DNA from: a bacterium
Lineage (GTDB): Bacteria > Patescibacteriota > Patescibacteriia > Magasanikbacterales > GWA2-37-8
DNA: 64,000 nt
Reading direction: 5' to 3'
NCBI GenBank assembly: GCA_043810165.1
Contig: JBDROJ010000019.1
Span: forward strand, 17,524-81,523
Shown in pieces: positions 8,588 through 18,474 of the stretch (positions are counted from its first letter, which is position 1; each line of letters opens with the position of its first letter). The position numbers were made by a program, and so were the translations under genes. Under the pieces are notes generated by a model. The model did not search any database. It saw only the letters and a list, made by a program, of their open reading frames with translations, and was not told the DNA's origin.

Positions 8588-10567
8588 ATGAATTATAATT
8601 TAACAAAAAAACTACTTAATTTTACTTTCCTACTGTTTGTAATTGGTTTTGTTTTTTTATGGACGGGGCAAGTCTTTGCTACCGTTGGATACTGCGCAGT
8701 CTGGAATAGTGTTACAAATAAAAATGAATGTGTAAAAACAAGTGCTGTTAGCTGTGACTCCGCGACTGGCCAATATATACCTTTGCGTAGCCTGTTAATT
8801 GTGAACTTTAATGGCTATACAAAACAAGCTTGTGAAACCGTTCTCAAAAATGTAGAAAACCAAGGCTATTGCGTTTCCCAAGCAACGCAACAATTTAGTA
8901 GTCAATGTGTGTCTCGTTATTTTAATCCATATTTAAAATGTAAAAGCATCATTTACACAGTTTCATTTGGAGAATGTATGCAAGCCCTTAATAAAACTGC
9001 TAGTGCCTGCAAAAAACACAGTGATTGTGTAGGCTATGATAGCTACTGTTTAGGAGGTAAATGTGTTAACACAAAGACGGACTTACAATTTTCCCAAGAG
9101 ACTTGCCACAAAGATTCTGATTGTGTAAAAAATGGTAACCAAGGTATTTGTAACTACAAAGGAATCCCAGGTGGAAAATTTTTAGCAAAATACTACTGCT
9201 ATTATAAAAAAGGAGCTATTACCCCTCAACCAACAAAAACAATAACCTGGAAATCCAAAATACCTGAAATTAGTATCAGAATACCAGGCCTGACCTTTGC
9301 TAGTATTCAAAATTCTATTACTGTAGATACTGATGGACACAAAGTTATTAATATCCCCTGGATCGGACAGTATATAACAGCAGTATATAAATTTGCCTTG
9401 GCCTTGGTCAGTGTAGTGGCTGTGGTTATGTTAATAATTCAAGGTGTAACCATCATGATGTCTGGTGGAGGTGAAGCCAAACAAGGTGCATATAAAAAAA
9501 TACTACAAATATTTGTTGGTCTAGGCATAATGTGGGGCTCTTATGCAATGCTATATAATATTAATCCAGATTTGGTTAAATTTAAAGCTTTGGCTGTGAC
9601 GATGGTTGAAAAAGAAGAATCAACAGAGGAAGTGCCAAACTCGAATGATAATGTAAAATATAATTTAAAAGGAGAAAAAACTTTTGGGCCAATATTAGAA
9701 AAAGTTTCCAAAAAGGTAGGTATAGAATACTGTTTAGTAAGCGCACAGATATCAAGGGAATCTGGCTGGTCAACAGGCGCACATACCTCGTATGCTTTTG
9801 GTTTGGGGCAAGTGAGTTGGTATTATGCTACCACTTTATTATCTAGCCCAACCAAAAAAGCACAGATAGTATCTTACCATTCCAAAAACGACAGCAGTAC
9901 TTATCCGGTAGTACCTAGCGGGTTAACATATGATGCAGACGTTAAATCTCTACCAAAAGATCAAAGAGACGCACTAAAACAAAAAGTGGGTGATTGGCTA
10001 ATGGCTGATGCCGAAGCCAATATTATTATTACGACTTTATCTAAAAAATCAAGCCTCTCAAACACAAGTGCCTTTCATAAAGGCAATCCTATACTAGCCG
10101 CTGTAAATCATTATTATGGAATGGGTGCTTACTCTAAATTCTTAAAAAAAATGAAAGAATACAGGGCCAAAGGTTTAGTATCTGATACACAATGTACTGA
10201 AGCAGGATCTGTTAGCTTAACTGAATTTCTACAAGCTGCCAAAGATGGTAATACCACTAAACTGGAAGATCTTTATAATAAATCCTGCATACCACCCAAC
10301 AAATTCGCTTGGACTAATTATAAAACCAGCGGGGCCATGCCATATTTCTGTCCTCCAACCAAAAAAGGAGATACTATGCAATGTTGTACAAAAGAATCTT
10401 TATCAACTGGGACATGCATAATGCCAACACATACAGCCAATGGTAATAAAGGATTTTGTTTTGATGGTGTTAGAAAAGGTGAACCATGTAACTCAACTGG
10501 AGCTTTAAATTACGTGAAAAAGTACAGCACCTTCCTACAACAATGCTTAAACAGAAAAAAAACGTAA
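8588..10567 (+). CDS. Secreted Cys-rich protein with CPR/VirB2-like pilin hairpin and C-terminal SLT-like lytic transglycosylase domain
   Basis: Same architecture as the upstream paralog. C-domain has ISRESGW (catalytic E-S), AFGLGQV (GLMQ-like) and AVNHYYGMG (degenerate AYNxG). ATG 8588 preferred over TTG 8570. Confidence 0.7.
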   Translation: MNYNLTKKLLNFTFLLFVIGFVFLWTGQVFATVGYCAVWNSVTNKNECVKTSAVSCDSATGQYIPLRSLLIVNFNGYTKQACETVLKNVENQGYCVSQATQQFSSQCVSRYFNPYLKCKSIIYTVSFGECMQALNKTASACKKHSDCVGYDSYCLGGKCVNTKTDLQFSQETCHKDSDCVKNGNQGICNYKGIPGGKFLAKYYCYYKKGAITPQPTKTITWKSKIPEISIRIPGLTFASIQNSITVDTDGHKVINIPWIGQYITAVYKFALALVSVVAVVMLIIQGVTIMMSGGGEAKQGAYKKILQIFVGLGIMWGSYAMLYNINPDLVKFKALAVTMVEKEESTEEVPNSNDNVKYNLKGEKTFGPILEKVSKKVGIEYCLVSAQISRESGWSTGAHTSYAFGLGQVSWYYATTLLSSPTKKAQIVSYHSKNDSSTYPVVPSGLTYDADVKSLPKDQRDALKQKVGDWLMADAEANIIITTLSKKSSLSNTSAFHKGNPILAAVNHYYGMGAYSKFLKKMKEYRAKGLVSDTQCTEAGSVSLTEFLQAAKDGNTTKLEDLYNKSCIPPNKFAWTNYKTSGAMPYFCPPTKKGDTMQCCTKESLSTGTCIMPTHTANGNKGFCFDGVRKGEPCNSTGALNYVKKYSTFLQQCLNRKKT

Positions 10568-10585
10568 AATATAACCTGATTTCAA

Positions 10586-11938
10586 ATGCCAAACAACAAA
10601 ACAATCTTTGTTTGCAATAACTGCGACGCCCAATTTGCAAAATGGACGGGTAGGTGTTTGGAATGCGGAAAATGGGGAACCATACAAGAAGGTCAAGACC
10701 CTAGTATCAAATCTCAAAATGAAAAATCAAATTCAAATCAATATAGTGCTATAAAAACAGTGGGCCTGGATGAAATCAAAGACCAAGATATTGAACGAAT
10801 ACAAACCGGGATTGAAGAATTGAATCGTGTGTTGGGTGGGGGCTTGGTACCTGGCAGTTTAATTTTACTGGGCGGAGAACCCGGTGTTGGAAAATCCACT
10901 CTAGCTCTGCAAATTGCCGACATTATCCACAACACAATGTATATCTCAGGTGAAGAATCGGTTGGACAAATAAAATTACGAGCCAATAGACTAAAATTAT
11001 TTTCTAAAAGTCTTAAATTGGCTAATGAAACAAATATTGACAGCGTTATCGCCACTGTTGCGAAAGAAAAACCAACTCTATTAGTGATTGATTCAATCCA
11101 AACCATTTCAACTGATGAAGTCGCGGGCACATCAGGCAATGTCAACCAAGTTCGCGCCTGCACTGTCAAATTAATGGAAGTTGCAAAAAAAACCAAAACA
11201 ATTATTATTATGGTCGGCCAAATTACTAAGGATGGTGATTTAGCTGGACCCAAAACTTTAGAACATCTAGTTGACACCGTGCTATATTTAGAAGGTGATA
11301 AATTTCACCAATTTAGACTTTTGCGCACTGCAAAAAATCGCTTCGGATCCACTGACGAAGTTGGCGTATTTTCTATGCAAGAATTTGGTCTGCAAGAAGT
11401 AGCCAATCCTTCCCAGGCTTTTATTTCAGGCCGTCCCAAAGATGTACCGGGCACAACGGTTACCTGCCTGTTAGAAGGCACTCGTCCCCTGCTAGTGGAA
11501 ATCCAAGCATTGGTTAGTAAAACTAATTTTGGCTATCCACAAAGACGCACGTCCGGCTTTGATTTAAACCGCTTGCAAGTTTTAATTGCCGTACTATCAC
11601 GCCGAACTGGCCTGCCACTGGATTCATATGATGTATTCTTGAATGTGGCTGGTGGTATGAAAGCCAATGAACCAGCCGCTGATTTGGCAGTGGTTTTAGC
11701 AATTGCTTCAGCGTTGAAAAACAAAGTGCTTCCATCAAATTTAGCTTCGTTTGGCGAGATTGGCTTGGGCGGAGAAATACGCGCAGTCAGCCAAGCCAAA
11801 AGACGCTTACAGGAAATTAAAAAACTGGGTTTTGAATTTGCTGTAATGCCTCATTCCACTGAACAAACAAAAATTACGGGCTTAAAAATTGCACCCGTAA
11901 AAAACGTAAAAGAATTAGTTGAAAAGATTATTAAGTAA
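10586..11938 (+). CDS. radA: DNA repair protein RadA/Sms
   Basis: C4 zinc finger, GGEPGVGKST, KNRFG motif, Lon-like C-domain. Confidence 0.97.
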   Translation: MPNNKTIFVCNNCDAQFAKWTGRCLECGKWGTIQEGQDPSIKSQNEKSNSNQYSAIKTVGLDEIKDQDIERIQTGIEELNRVLGGGLVPGSLILLGGEPGVGKSTLALQIADIIHNTMYISGEESVGQIKLRANRLKLFSKSLKLANETNIDSVIATVAKEKPTLLVIDSIQTISTDEVAGTSGNVNQVRACTVKLMEVAKKTKTIIIMVGQITKDGDLAGPKTLEHLVDTVLYLEGDKFHQFRLLRTAKNRFGSTDEVGVFSMQEFGLQEVANPSQAFISGRPKDVPGTTVTCLLEGTRPLLVEIQALVSKTNFGYPQRRTSGFDLNRLQVLIAVLSRRTGLPLDSYDVFLNVAGGMKANEPAADLAVVLAIASALKNKVLPSNLASFGEIGLGGEIRAVSQAKRRLQEIKKLGFEFAVMPHSTEQTKITGLKIAPVKNVKELVEKIIK

Positions 11939-11945
11939 ATCTCTT

Positions 11946-12077
11946 TGTCATTGCGAGGAGGAGTGTAAGCGTTTCTGTCATTGCGAGCGTAAGCGAAGCA
12001 ATCCCGTTTTTACAGAATCAACGGGATTGCTTCGCTTACGCTCGCAATGACAGACATGCCTTGCTCGCAATGATAGA
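11946..12077. repeat. Palindromic REP/RPE-like element, copy 1 (GTCATTGCGAG...CTCGCAATGAC, nested)
   Basis: Perfect inner inverted repeat ctgtcattgcgagcgtaagcgaagcaatcccgtt / aacgggattgcttcgcttacgctcgcaatgacag with extra outer arms; lies between convergent radA and recG. Confidence 0.9.
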
Positions 12078-12082
12078 ACAAA

Positions 12083-14146
12083 TCATTCCAAATGCACTTG
12101 ATCCTCCCATTGTTTAAATTTGTCAGCTATTTGAGGATACTGCTTCAAATCACTCATTACTATCCGCGCCATATCGCGCGCTTTTTTAATTAATTCATGA
12201 TCAGTTAACCGCGCCAAGCTTAAATTCATCATACCGCTCTGTGTTGTTCCATATACTTCGCCAGGACCGCGTATTTCCAAGTCTTTTTCTGCTAAATTAA
12301 AACCATCTCTGGTTTTCTCAAAATACTTAAGGCGATGACCAGCTTTTGGAGAATAATTTTCTACAAATAAAAAACAATAAGACTGATGAACAGACCGACC
12401 TACTCTGCCTCTAAACTGATGCAGTTGGGCCAGGCCAAATCTTTCTGCTCCTTCAATCATCATTACGCTGGCATTGGGAATATCAACCCCCACTTCAATA
12501 ACAGAAGTTGAAACCAATATATCCAATATGCCTTGTTTAAACTTGTGCATGGTTTCTTCTTTCTCTTTAGATTTCATTTTACCATGCAGATAGCCTACCC
12601 GAAGTTTGGGGAAAACTTGTTTAGATAATTTTTCATACTCGCTTAAAACGCTTTTCTTTTCGCTGGCTTCCAGATCTTCAATCAAAGGGCAAACCACAAA
12701 TACTTGCCTGCCATTTTTAACTTGCGTGCGGATAAAATCATAAGCCTTGCTTCTGTTCAGCGGTTCTACAAGGCGGGTTAAAACCGGCTTGCGCCCCGGA
12801 GGCAATTCATTAATAATGGAAACATCAAGATCTCCATATAACATCAAAGCCAGCGATCGCGGTATGGGCGTGGCTGTCATGCTTAAAAAATGCACGCCAA
12901 TGCCTTTTTGTTTCATATTCTTTCTTTGTTCCACTCCAAAACGATGTTGTTCATCAACTATAACCAAGCCCAATTTGCCAAAATCAACGCCTTTGGATAA
13001 AAGAGCATGCGTGCCCACAACTATCTGTATCTTGTTATCACCTAATAAATCTAAAAACTCGCCTCTTTGCCTGGCTTTGGTTTTTTTAATTAGTTGCTTA
13101 TCATTAATCTCAAGCTGTGCCTGCGTCATTAATCCGATGCAAAGTTTCTTGCCTAATAATTTATTAATTTCATGATAATGCTGAACTGCCAATATTTCAG
13201 TTGGCGCCATTAAAACGGCTTGTAAACCATTCAATGTAGTGTTATACATGGCCATGGCCGCGACCACGGTCTTTCCAGATCCCACATCACCAGAAAGGAG
13301 CCGATTCATGGGAGTTGTTTTGTCTAAATCTTGTAAAATTTCCCAACTAGAGACTTTCTGTGGCTTGGTTAAAATAAATGGCAGGCTTTTTACAAACTGT
13401 TTAATTTGTTTTTCTCTAAAAGGCAAACGGCAAGCTCTGCTAGACTGCTTTTCCGATCGTGACATTTCCGCTTTAAGCTGTATTAAAAATAATTCATCAA
13501 ATTTTAATCGGTCAGTGCTTTGTTTTAATTCTTTTTCATTGTCCGGAAAATGAATGCCTTTCAATGCCTTGGGCAAAGAAATTAAATTGGCTTGACTTAA
13601 AATTTTATCTGGCAACCAATCGCGAACTTGTTCAGCCAAACCAATGGCCTGGCTAACCAAAAATCTAATTTGTTTTTGCGTCAAATTGGAAGTCAACGCA
13701 TACATGGGCACTAGACGAGCTGTATGAGTAGTTTGACCACCCTGTTCTTTTTCATAAACCGGCCCAACCATCTGACAACCCAACATATCTTGTTTAACTT
13801 TTCCAGATAGAAAAACAGTATCGCCCGGTTTTAAAACTTTGGTAATAAAAGGTTGTCCAAACCAAACCACACGCAAACTGTCTGTATCATCAGATACCAA
13901 CGCTTGGGTCAATATCCTGCGCTTGCGTGCACTGCGTTTGTTGTTAATTAACTCAATCTTAACTTTTAAACTGGCTGTCTGATCATTTTGCAGGTCTTTT
14001 ATCTTAACTACTTGCCGGTAATCTTCATATCTGAAAGGGAAATGATACAACAAATCACGAGCAGTGTTAATGCCCAATCTTTGCAAGCGTTTTGCCGTTG
14101 TCTTGCCAACCTGATTTAATTTTTCCACTGTTGTTTGCAAATTCAT
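12083..14146 (-). CDS. recG: ATP-dependent DNA helicase RecG
   Basis: OB wedge domain, GDVGSGKT, DEQH, MTATPIPR, QFRGRVGR, TRG motif. Confidence 0.97.
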   Translation of the reverse strand: MNLQTTVEKLNQVGKTTAKRLQRLGINTARDLLYHFPFRYEDYRQVVKIKDLQNDQTASLKVKIELINNKRSARKRRILTQALVSDDTDSLRVVWFGQPFITKVLKPGDTVFLSGKVKQDMLGCQMVGPVYEKEQGGQTTHTARLVPMYALTSNLTQKQIRFLVSQAIGLAEQVRDWLPDKILSQANLISLPKALKGIHFPDNEKELKQSTDRLKFDELFLIQLKAEMSRSEKQSSRACRLPFREKQIKQFVKSLPFILTKPQKVSSWEILQDLDKTTPMNRLLSGDVGSGKTVVAAMAMYNTTLNGLQAVLMAPTEILAVQHYHEINKLLGKKLCIGLMTQAQLEINDKQLIKKTKARQRGEFLDLLGDNKIQIVVGTHALLSKGVDFGKLGLVIVDEQHRFGVEQRKNMKQKGIGVHFLSMTATPIPRSLALMLYGDLDVSIINELPPGRKPVLTRLVEPLNRSKAYDFIRTQVKNGRQVFVVCPLIEDLEASEKKSVLSEYEKLSKQVFPKLRVGYLHGKMKSKEKEETMHKFKQGILDILVSTSVIEVGVDIPNASVMMIEGAERFGLAQLHQFRGRVGRSVHQSYCFLFVENYSPKAGHRLKYFEKTRDGFNLAEKDLEIRGPGEVYGTTQSGMMNLSLARLTDHELIKKARDMARIVMSDLKQYPQIADKFKQWEDQVHLE

Positions 14147-14235
14147 AGCATTCTCATTATATCACAGCTCCAGATATTTTAAAAAACACCTGAATACAAT
14201 ATCAAGGTGTTTTAAAGTATGGTATATTTTAAATC

Positions 14236-14649
14236 TTAAGCGGCCTTTTCAATCATTTGAGCTGTTGGATATTTTCTTAATCTGGCCATTTCTTGTTTAA
14301 GTAATTCTATCTGTCTTACAAGTTTTTCCTCTTTCAAACTCAAGCTTCTTTCATCCAAATCCCTGCGTATAGAATCTAGCTTAATATTTCTCTTCTCCAA
14401 TGCTTTAATTCTATCCAAATCTAATTCACGGCCTCTCTTCAAAAACAATTTGTCTAGTTCTATTTCAAGATCAAGAAATTTTGTACGCACCCTATCCCAT
14501 TTTTCGTAGCTATCCTCGCCCTTTTCAATATCAAGTTCTTCATATATATCTGTTGGCATGTCTTTTTGATACGTCTCAACTTGACTGCCCATTTCAGGAT
14601 CAGTTATATGAACATTGCCTTGCTCAAAGTTGTTTATCTCTAAATCCAT
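14236..14649 (-). CDS. Hypothetical coiled-coil protein
   Basis: 137 aa ORF followed by a hairpin at ~14181-14213; no recognisable motif. Confidence 0.6.
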   Translation of the reverse strand: MDLEINNFEQGNVHITDPEMGSQVETYQKDMPTDIYEELDIEKGEDSYEKWDRVRTKFLDLEIELDKLFLKRGRELDLDRIKALEKRNIKLDSIRRDLDERSLSLKEEKLVRQIELLKQEMARLRKYPTAQMIEKAA

Positions 14650-14710
14650 ATTTTTTTAATTAAGAAACCGCTAACAAACTACTTCTGGCATCTATTCCTG
14701 TCTAAATCTG

Positions 14711-14782
14711 TGCCCTCGGCAGGAATCGAACCTGCATTGTCAGTTCCGCAAACTGATGTCCTATCCATTGAACGACGAGGAC
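14711..14782 (-). tRNA. tRNA-Arg (anticodon GCG)
   Basis: Cloverleaf GTCCTCG...CGAGGGCA; anticodon arm TCAGT-TTGCGGA-ACTGA; T-loop GTTCGATT. Confidence 0.93.
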
Positions 14783-14805
14783 CTGAACTACGGCAGGAAA
14801 CTATA

Positions 14806-15309
14806 TCACAACTTGAATAATCTGGCAAGCCTGTCGCTGAATGGCTCATCTTCATTTTCAAATTCTTCCACCATATATTGGGCAAGATAATCGTGTATAG
14901 CCCTGGGATCATTATCTAATAAAGGTATTTGCAGACGATGCTTTATCACGCTTCTCATGCCAAAATACAGATTTTTTACTTCCGGTGGATTGTAAATTAT
15001 CCAAAAATTCTCAAGCTCGCTATAACGATAAAATTTATTGCCTAACACGATGCCTGTTTCAGTAATCGCAAAATCTACTTCCATGGGATCCTGCATGGAA
15101 TGCAAAAACAAAATAATGGCGAACAAAACTATTACTAATATAAATAGATAATTTCCTGTAAATAATCCGAAAATCAGTAACAATGCGCCGGCCAATCCCA
15201 TCATGGTATACCATCGTCTGTCTGATCCAGGCTTTTCATATTCTCTTACCTGCCACTTATAAATTAGTTTACCGGTATTTACATCTTCTTTGGCCAAATT
15301 TTTAGGCAT
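14806..15309 (-). CDS. Conserved-looking small membrane protein (two TM helices plus a PH-like C-terminal region)
   Basis: ORF 14806..15327, ATG 15309 preferred; W..REYE...RWY, TM hairpin, ITETGIVLG..FY. Confidence 0.7.
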   Translation of the reverse strand: MPKNLAKEDVNTGKLIYKWQVREYEKPGSDRRWYTMMGLAGALLLIFGLFTGNYLFILVIVLFAIILFLHSMQDPMEVDFAITETGIVLGNKFYRYSELENFWIIYNPPEVKNLYFGMRSVIKHRLQIPLLDNDPRAIHDYLAQYMVEEFENEDEPFSDRLARLFKL

Positions 15310-15335
15310 ATACAAAAAAATTAACAATTAAATTG

Positions 15336-15409
<74 letters not shown>

Positions 15410-15511
15410 TCTTGTTAAAATAATAACACAATATACTGCTTAAATCAATGCCTAAGCCAATTTGATAAGCTAGCTTTATTATGTTATTATTAGTTTAAGT
15501 AAAAAGACATA

Positions 15512-17125
15512 ATGGAAAATAATAATGAACCGCTGGATCAAATCCCGGATCAACCACAAATCAATCTACTACGACCGCGTAAAATGCACGGATGGTATCA
15601 AGAAGAGCCTAAACCTAAAAGGTCATTTTTGTTTTATTTAATTCCGGGCATAATAATTGTTTTGATGTTCAGTGCTTTTTCTTTGGCAAAAAAACACAAT
15701 GATAGTTTGTCTGGTAATATTGCTGATTACGACCAGATTACACTACAACCTAAAAAAACCGGCATACTATCCAGCATCAAAAATTTTATTTTCCGCCAAG
15801 AAGATGCCATGCCAGGCGAGTCAAAAGGCAGAATCAATATTTTACTACTCGGCGTTGGTGGGGCAGGACATGATGGCCCTTATTTAAGTGATACTAATAT
15901 AATTGCGAGCATCAACACTGAAACCAATGAAGTGGCCATGGTTTCTGTGCCAAGAGACTTATCCGCCAATATAGAAGGATATGGCTGGACTAAAATAAAT
16001 CATGCCAGTGCTTATGGAGAAATGAAAAAGGAAGGTTATGGCGGGGAATTTGCCAGGCAAACTTTTGAGAAAAATTTTGGTATAAAAATACCATATTACT
16101 TAAGCATAGACTTCAAAGCATTCACTGAAATCATTGACGCTGTTGATGGAATTGGTATAAATGTAGAACACTCCTTTGTAGATTACTCTTATCCAGGCCC
16201 GAATTATAGTTATCAAACCATATATTTCAAACAAGGTCCTGAAAAAATGGGAGGAGAACGAGCTTTGACTTATGCTCGCTCGCGAAAGGGCACAAATGGA
16301 GAAGGTTCTGATTTTGCCCGCGCCAAGAGACAGCAAATTGTTATTGCGGCCTTAAAAAATAAAGTGCTATCAGCCGATACTTATTTGAATCCTTTAAAAA
16401 TTAAAAAGATCATAGATTCTTTGTCCACTCATATTTCGACAAACCTAGATTTTGGACAATTAATGTATCTGGCTGGCTTGTCCAGAAAAATTGATGACAA
16501 AAATATAAAAACCTTGGTATTATCAAATGGCCCAGATAGTTATTTAAAAAATATGATTGGCTATGATGGCGCCTATCTTCTGGTACCTAAAACCGGCAAC
16601 TTTGATCAGATCCAAACCGCCATCAACAATGTATTCAGTACTAGCACCGATGACCTGATCGATTCTCTGTCAGCCACGCCTCAAACAGACCAACTTTTTC
16701 CATCAGCCAAAATTGAAATCCAAAATGGCACTTGGCGTGTAGGATTGGCAGCAATTACCCAAAGAAATTTAGAAGACCAAGGGTTTGCTATTTTTACAGT
16801 TGGTAATAGTTACAAACGCCCTGTGGCCAGCACCACTCTATATATACTTAATACTGAAATTGAGCAGGGTTTTATTGATGCTCTTGAAAGAGAAATGGGC
16901 ATGGAAGCCACCACCAGCCTGCCAATATGGCTATCCACGTTAAGCAGTGATGAGTTGACTTATTTGACTAATAGTACTACAATTCCAATTTCAACAAGTA
17001 GCACTACGTCATCAACTATCATATCTGCCACGACTACTGAAGATACAGATATACATCAAGACAAATATGACCCACAAACTGATATTTTAATAATTCTAGG
17101 AGACGATTATGGCCAGTCCAGCTAA
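15512..17125 (+). CDS. LCP (LytR-CpsA-Psr) family protein with LytR C-terminal domain
   Basis: TM; NILLLG...SDT...SVPRD...KIN; YARSR; SDFARAKRQQ; C-terminal IEIQNGTWRVGLA...DILIILG. Confidence 0.93.
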   Translation: MENNNEPLDQIPDQPQINLLRPRKMHGWYQEEPKPKRSFLFYLIPGIIIVLMFSAFSLAKKHNDSLSGNIADYDQITLQPKKTGILSSIKNFIFRQEDAMPGESKGRINILLLGVGGAGHDGPYLSDTNIIASINTETNEVAMVSVPRDLSANIEGYGWTKINHASAYGEMKKEGYGGEFARQTFEKNFGIKIPYYLSIDFKAFTEIIDAVDGIGINVEHSFVDYSYPGPNYSYQTIYFKQGPEKMGGERALTYARSRKGTNGEGSDFARAKRQQIVIAALKNKVLSADTYLNPLKIKKIIDSLSTHISTNLDFGQLMYLAGLSRKIDDKNIKTLVLSNGPDSYLKNMIGYDGAYLLVPKTGNFDQIQTAINNVFSTSTDDLIDSLSATPQTDQLFPSAKIEIQNGTWRVGLAAITQRNLEDQGFAIFTVGNSYKRPVASTTLYILNTEIEQGFIDALEREMGMEATTSLPIWLSTLSSDELTYLTNSTTIPISTSSTTSSTIISATTTEDTDIHQDKYDPQTDILIILGDDYGQSS

Positions 17126-18473
17126 AATAATAAAACAAAATTTACCCACAGTAACCATTGTTGGCCGAGTTAATGTTGGCAAATCCACTCTATTCAATAA
17201 ATTAACCGAGCGAGACCACGCTCTGGTTTCAACTATTCCTGGAACAACGCGTACTCGTAATATTGGCACAGTGGCTTGGAGAGGAAAAAATTTTAGATTG
17301 ATCGACACTGGTGGGCTAAGTTTTTCTGACGACGTTCCATTGGAAAAAGATATCATACAACAAACTGAAATGGCGCTGAAAGAATCGGATCTAGTAATTT
17401 TCTTAGTGGATATTAAAACAGGAATCTTACCCCAAGAACGCGAACTATCAAAACGCCTTAGAAAATACAAAGACAGATTGATGTTTGTGGCCAATAAAGT
17501 TGATAGTAAAAAATTAGAAGATCTGGCTCTTGAAAAAGAATTTCTAGTATTGGGATTGGGTGCTCCGTTTCCGGTTTCAGCTACCAATGGCGCCAACCTT
17601 GGAGAACTGCTTGATGTTATAATTAAAAAATTAAACAAGCTTTCAAAAAGACCTAAAAAAATTAAGTCCTCAAATCCAATCAGGGTAGCCTTGATAGGCA
17701 AACCCAACGTGGGCAAATCAACTCTGTTTAATGCTTTAATAGGCAAAGACGAAGTCGTGGTCAGTCCAATGGCTCATGCAACCCGCGAACCATTTGATAC
17801 TTTGGTTGAATATGGCAAACAGCCGATGCTATTTATTGACACAGCCGGGATAAGAAGAAAAACTAGAGTAAAACAAGGGCTGGAAGCACAAGGCATTGAA
17901 AAAAGCATCAAAAGCACCAAAAAATCAGATGTTGTCTTGCTACTATTGGATACAAGCGAACCCATAAGCAGTCAAGACAAGCAATTAGGAGGCCTGCTCA
18001 AAGAAAATACCCGCAGTGTGATTATTATAATAAATAAATGGGATACGGCTGATGCCAATGACGATCATTTTAGAAAACAAGTAAGGCAATTGGTCTATGG
18101 CGCTTTCCCTCATCTTGATTTTGCGCCAATACTATTTATCAGCGCAAAAACTAAATACAGAATACACCAAATATTTCCTGAAATATTAAAAGCATGGCAA
18201 GGCAGAAATACAGAAATCACTAACAACGCTCTGGATAAATTTGTACAAAAAATTGTTAAAATACACAAGCCGTCTCGAGGAAAAGGGACTAGATATCCTA
18301 AAATTCTAGGCCTTAAACAATTAAACGCCAATCCTCCAATTTTTGAGCTAACCTTAAAAGCCGGTACTTCAATGCATACCTCTTATGTCCATTTTATGAA
18401 AAATCAATTGCGAGAAAAATTCAATTTTTATGCTACACCCATTGTGATAAAATTGCATAAAAGAAGAAAATAA
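17109..18473 (+). CDS. der: Ribosome biogenesis GTPase Der (EngA)
   Basis: Two tandem G-domains (GRVNVGKST, DTGG, NKVD; GKPNVGKST, DTAG, NKWD) plus KH-like tail. Confidence 0.96.
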   Translation: MASPAKIIKQNLPTVTIVGRVNVGKSTLFNKLTERDHALVSTIPGTTRTRNIGTVAWRGKNFRLIDTGGLSFSDDVPLEKDIIQQTEMALKESDLVIFLVDIKTGILPQERELSKRLRKYKDRLMFVANKVDSKKLEDLALEKEFLVLGLGAPFPVSATNGANLGELLDVIIKKLNKLSKRPKKIKSSNPIRVALIGKPNVGKSTLFNALIGKDEVVVSPMAHATREPFDTLVEYGKQPMLFIDTAGIRRKTRVKQGLEAQGIEKSIKSTKKSDVVLLLLDTSEPISSQDKQLGGLLKENTRSVIIIINKWDTADANDDHFRKQVRQLVYGAFPHLDFAPILFISAKTKYRIHQIFPEILKAWQGRNTEITNNALDKFVQKIVKIHKPSRGKGTRYPKILGLKQLNANPPIFELTLKAGTSMHTSYVHFMKNQLREKFNFYATPIVIKLHKRRK

Positions 18474-18474
18474 T

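Noticed and set aside
14679-14912. 77-aa ORF (and similarly 32467..32664)
   Set aside because: Overlaps a clear tRNA gene
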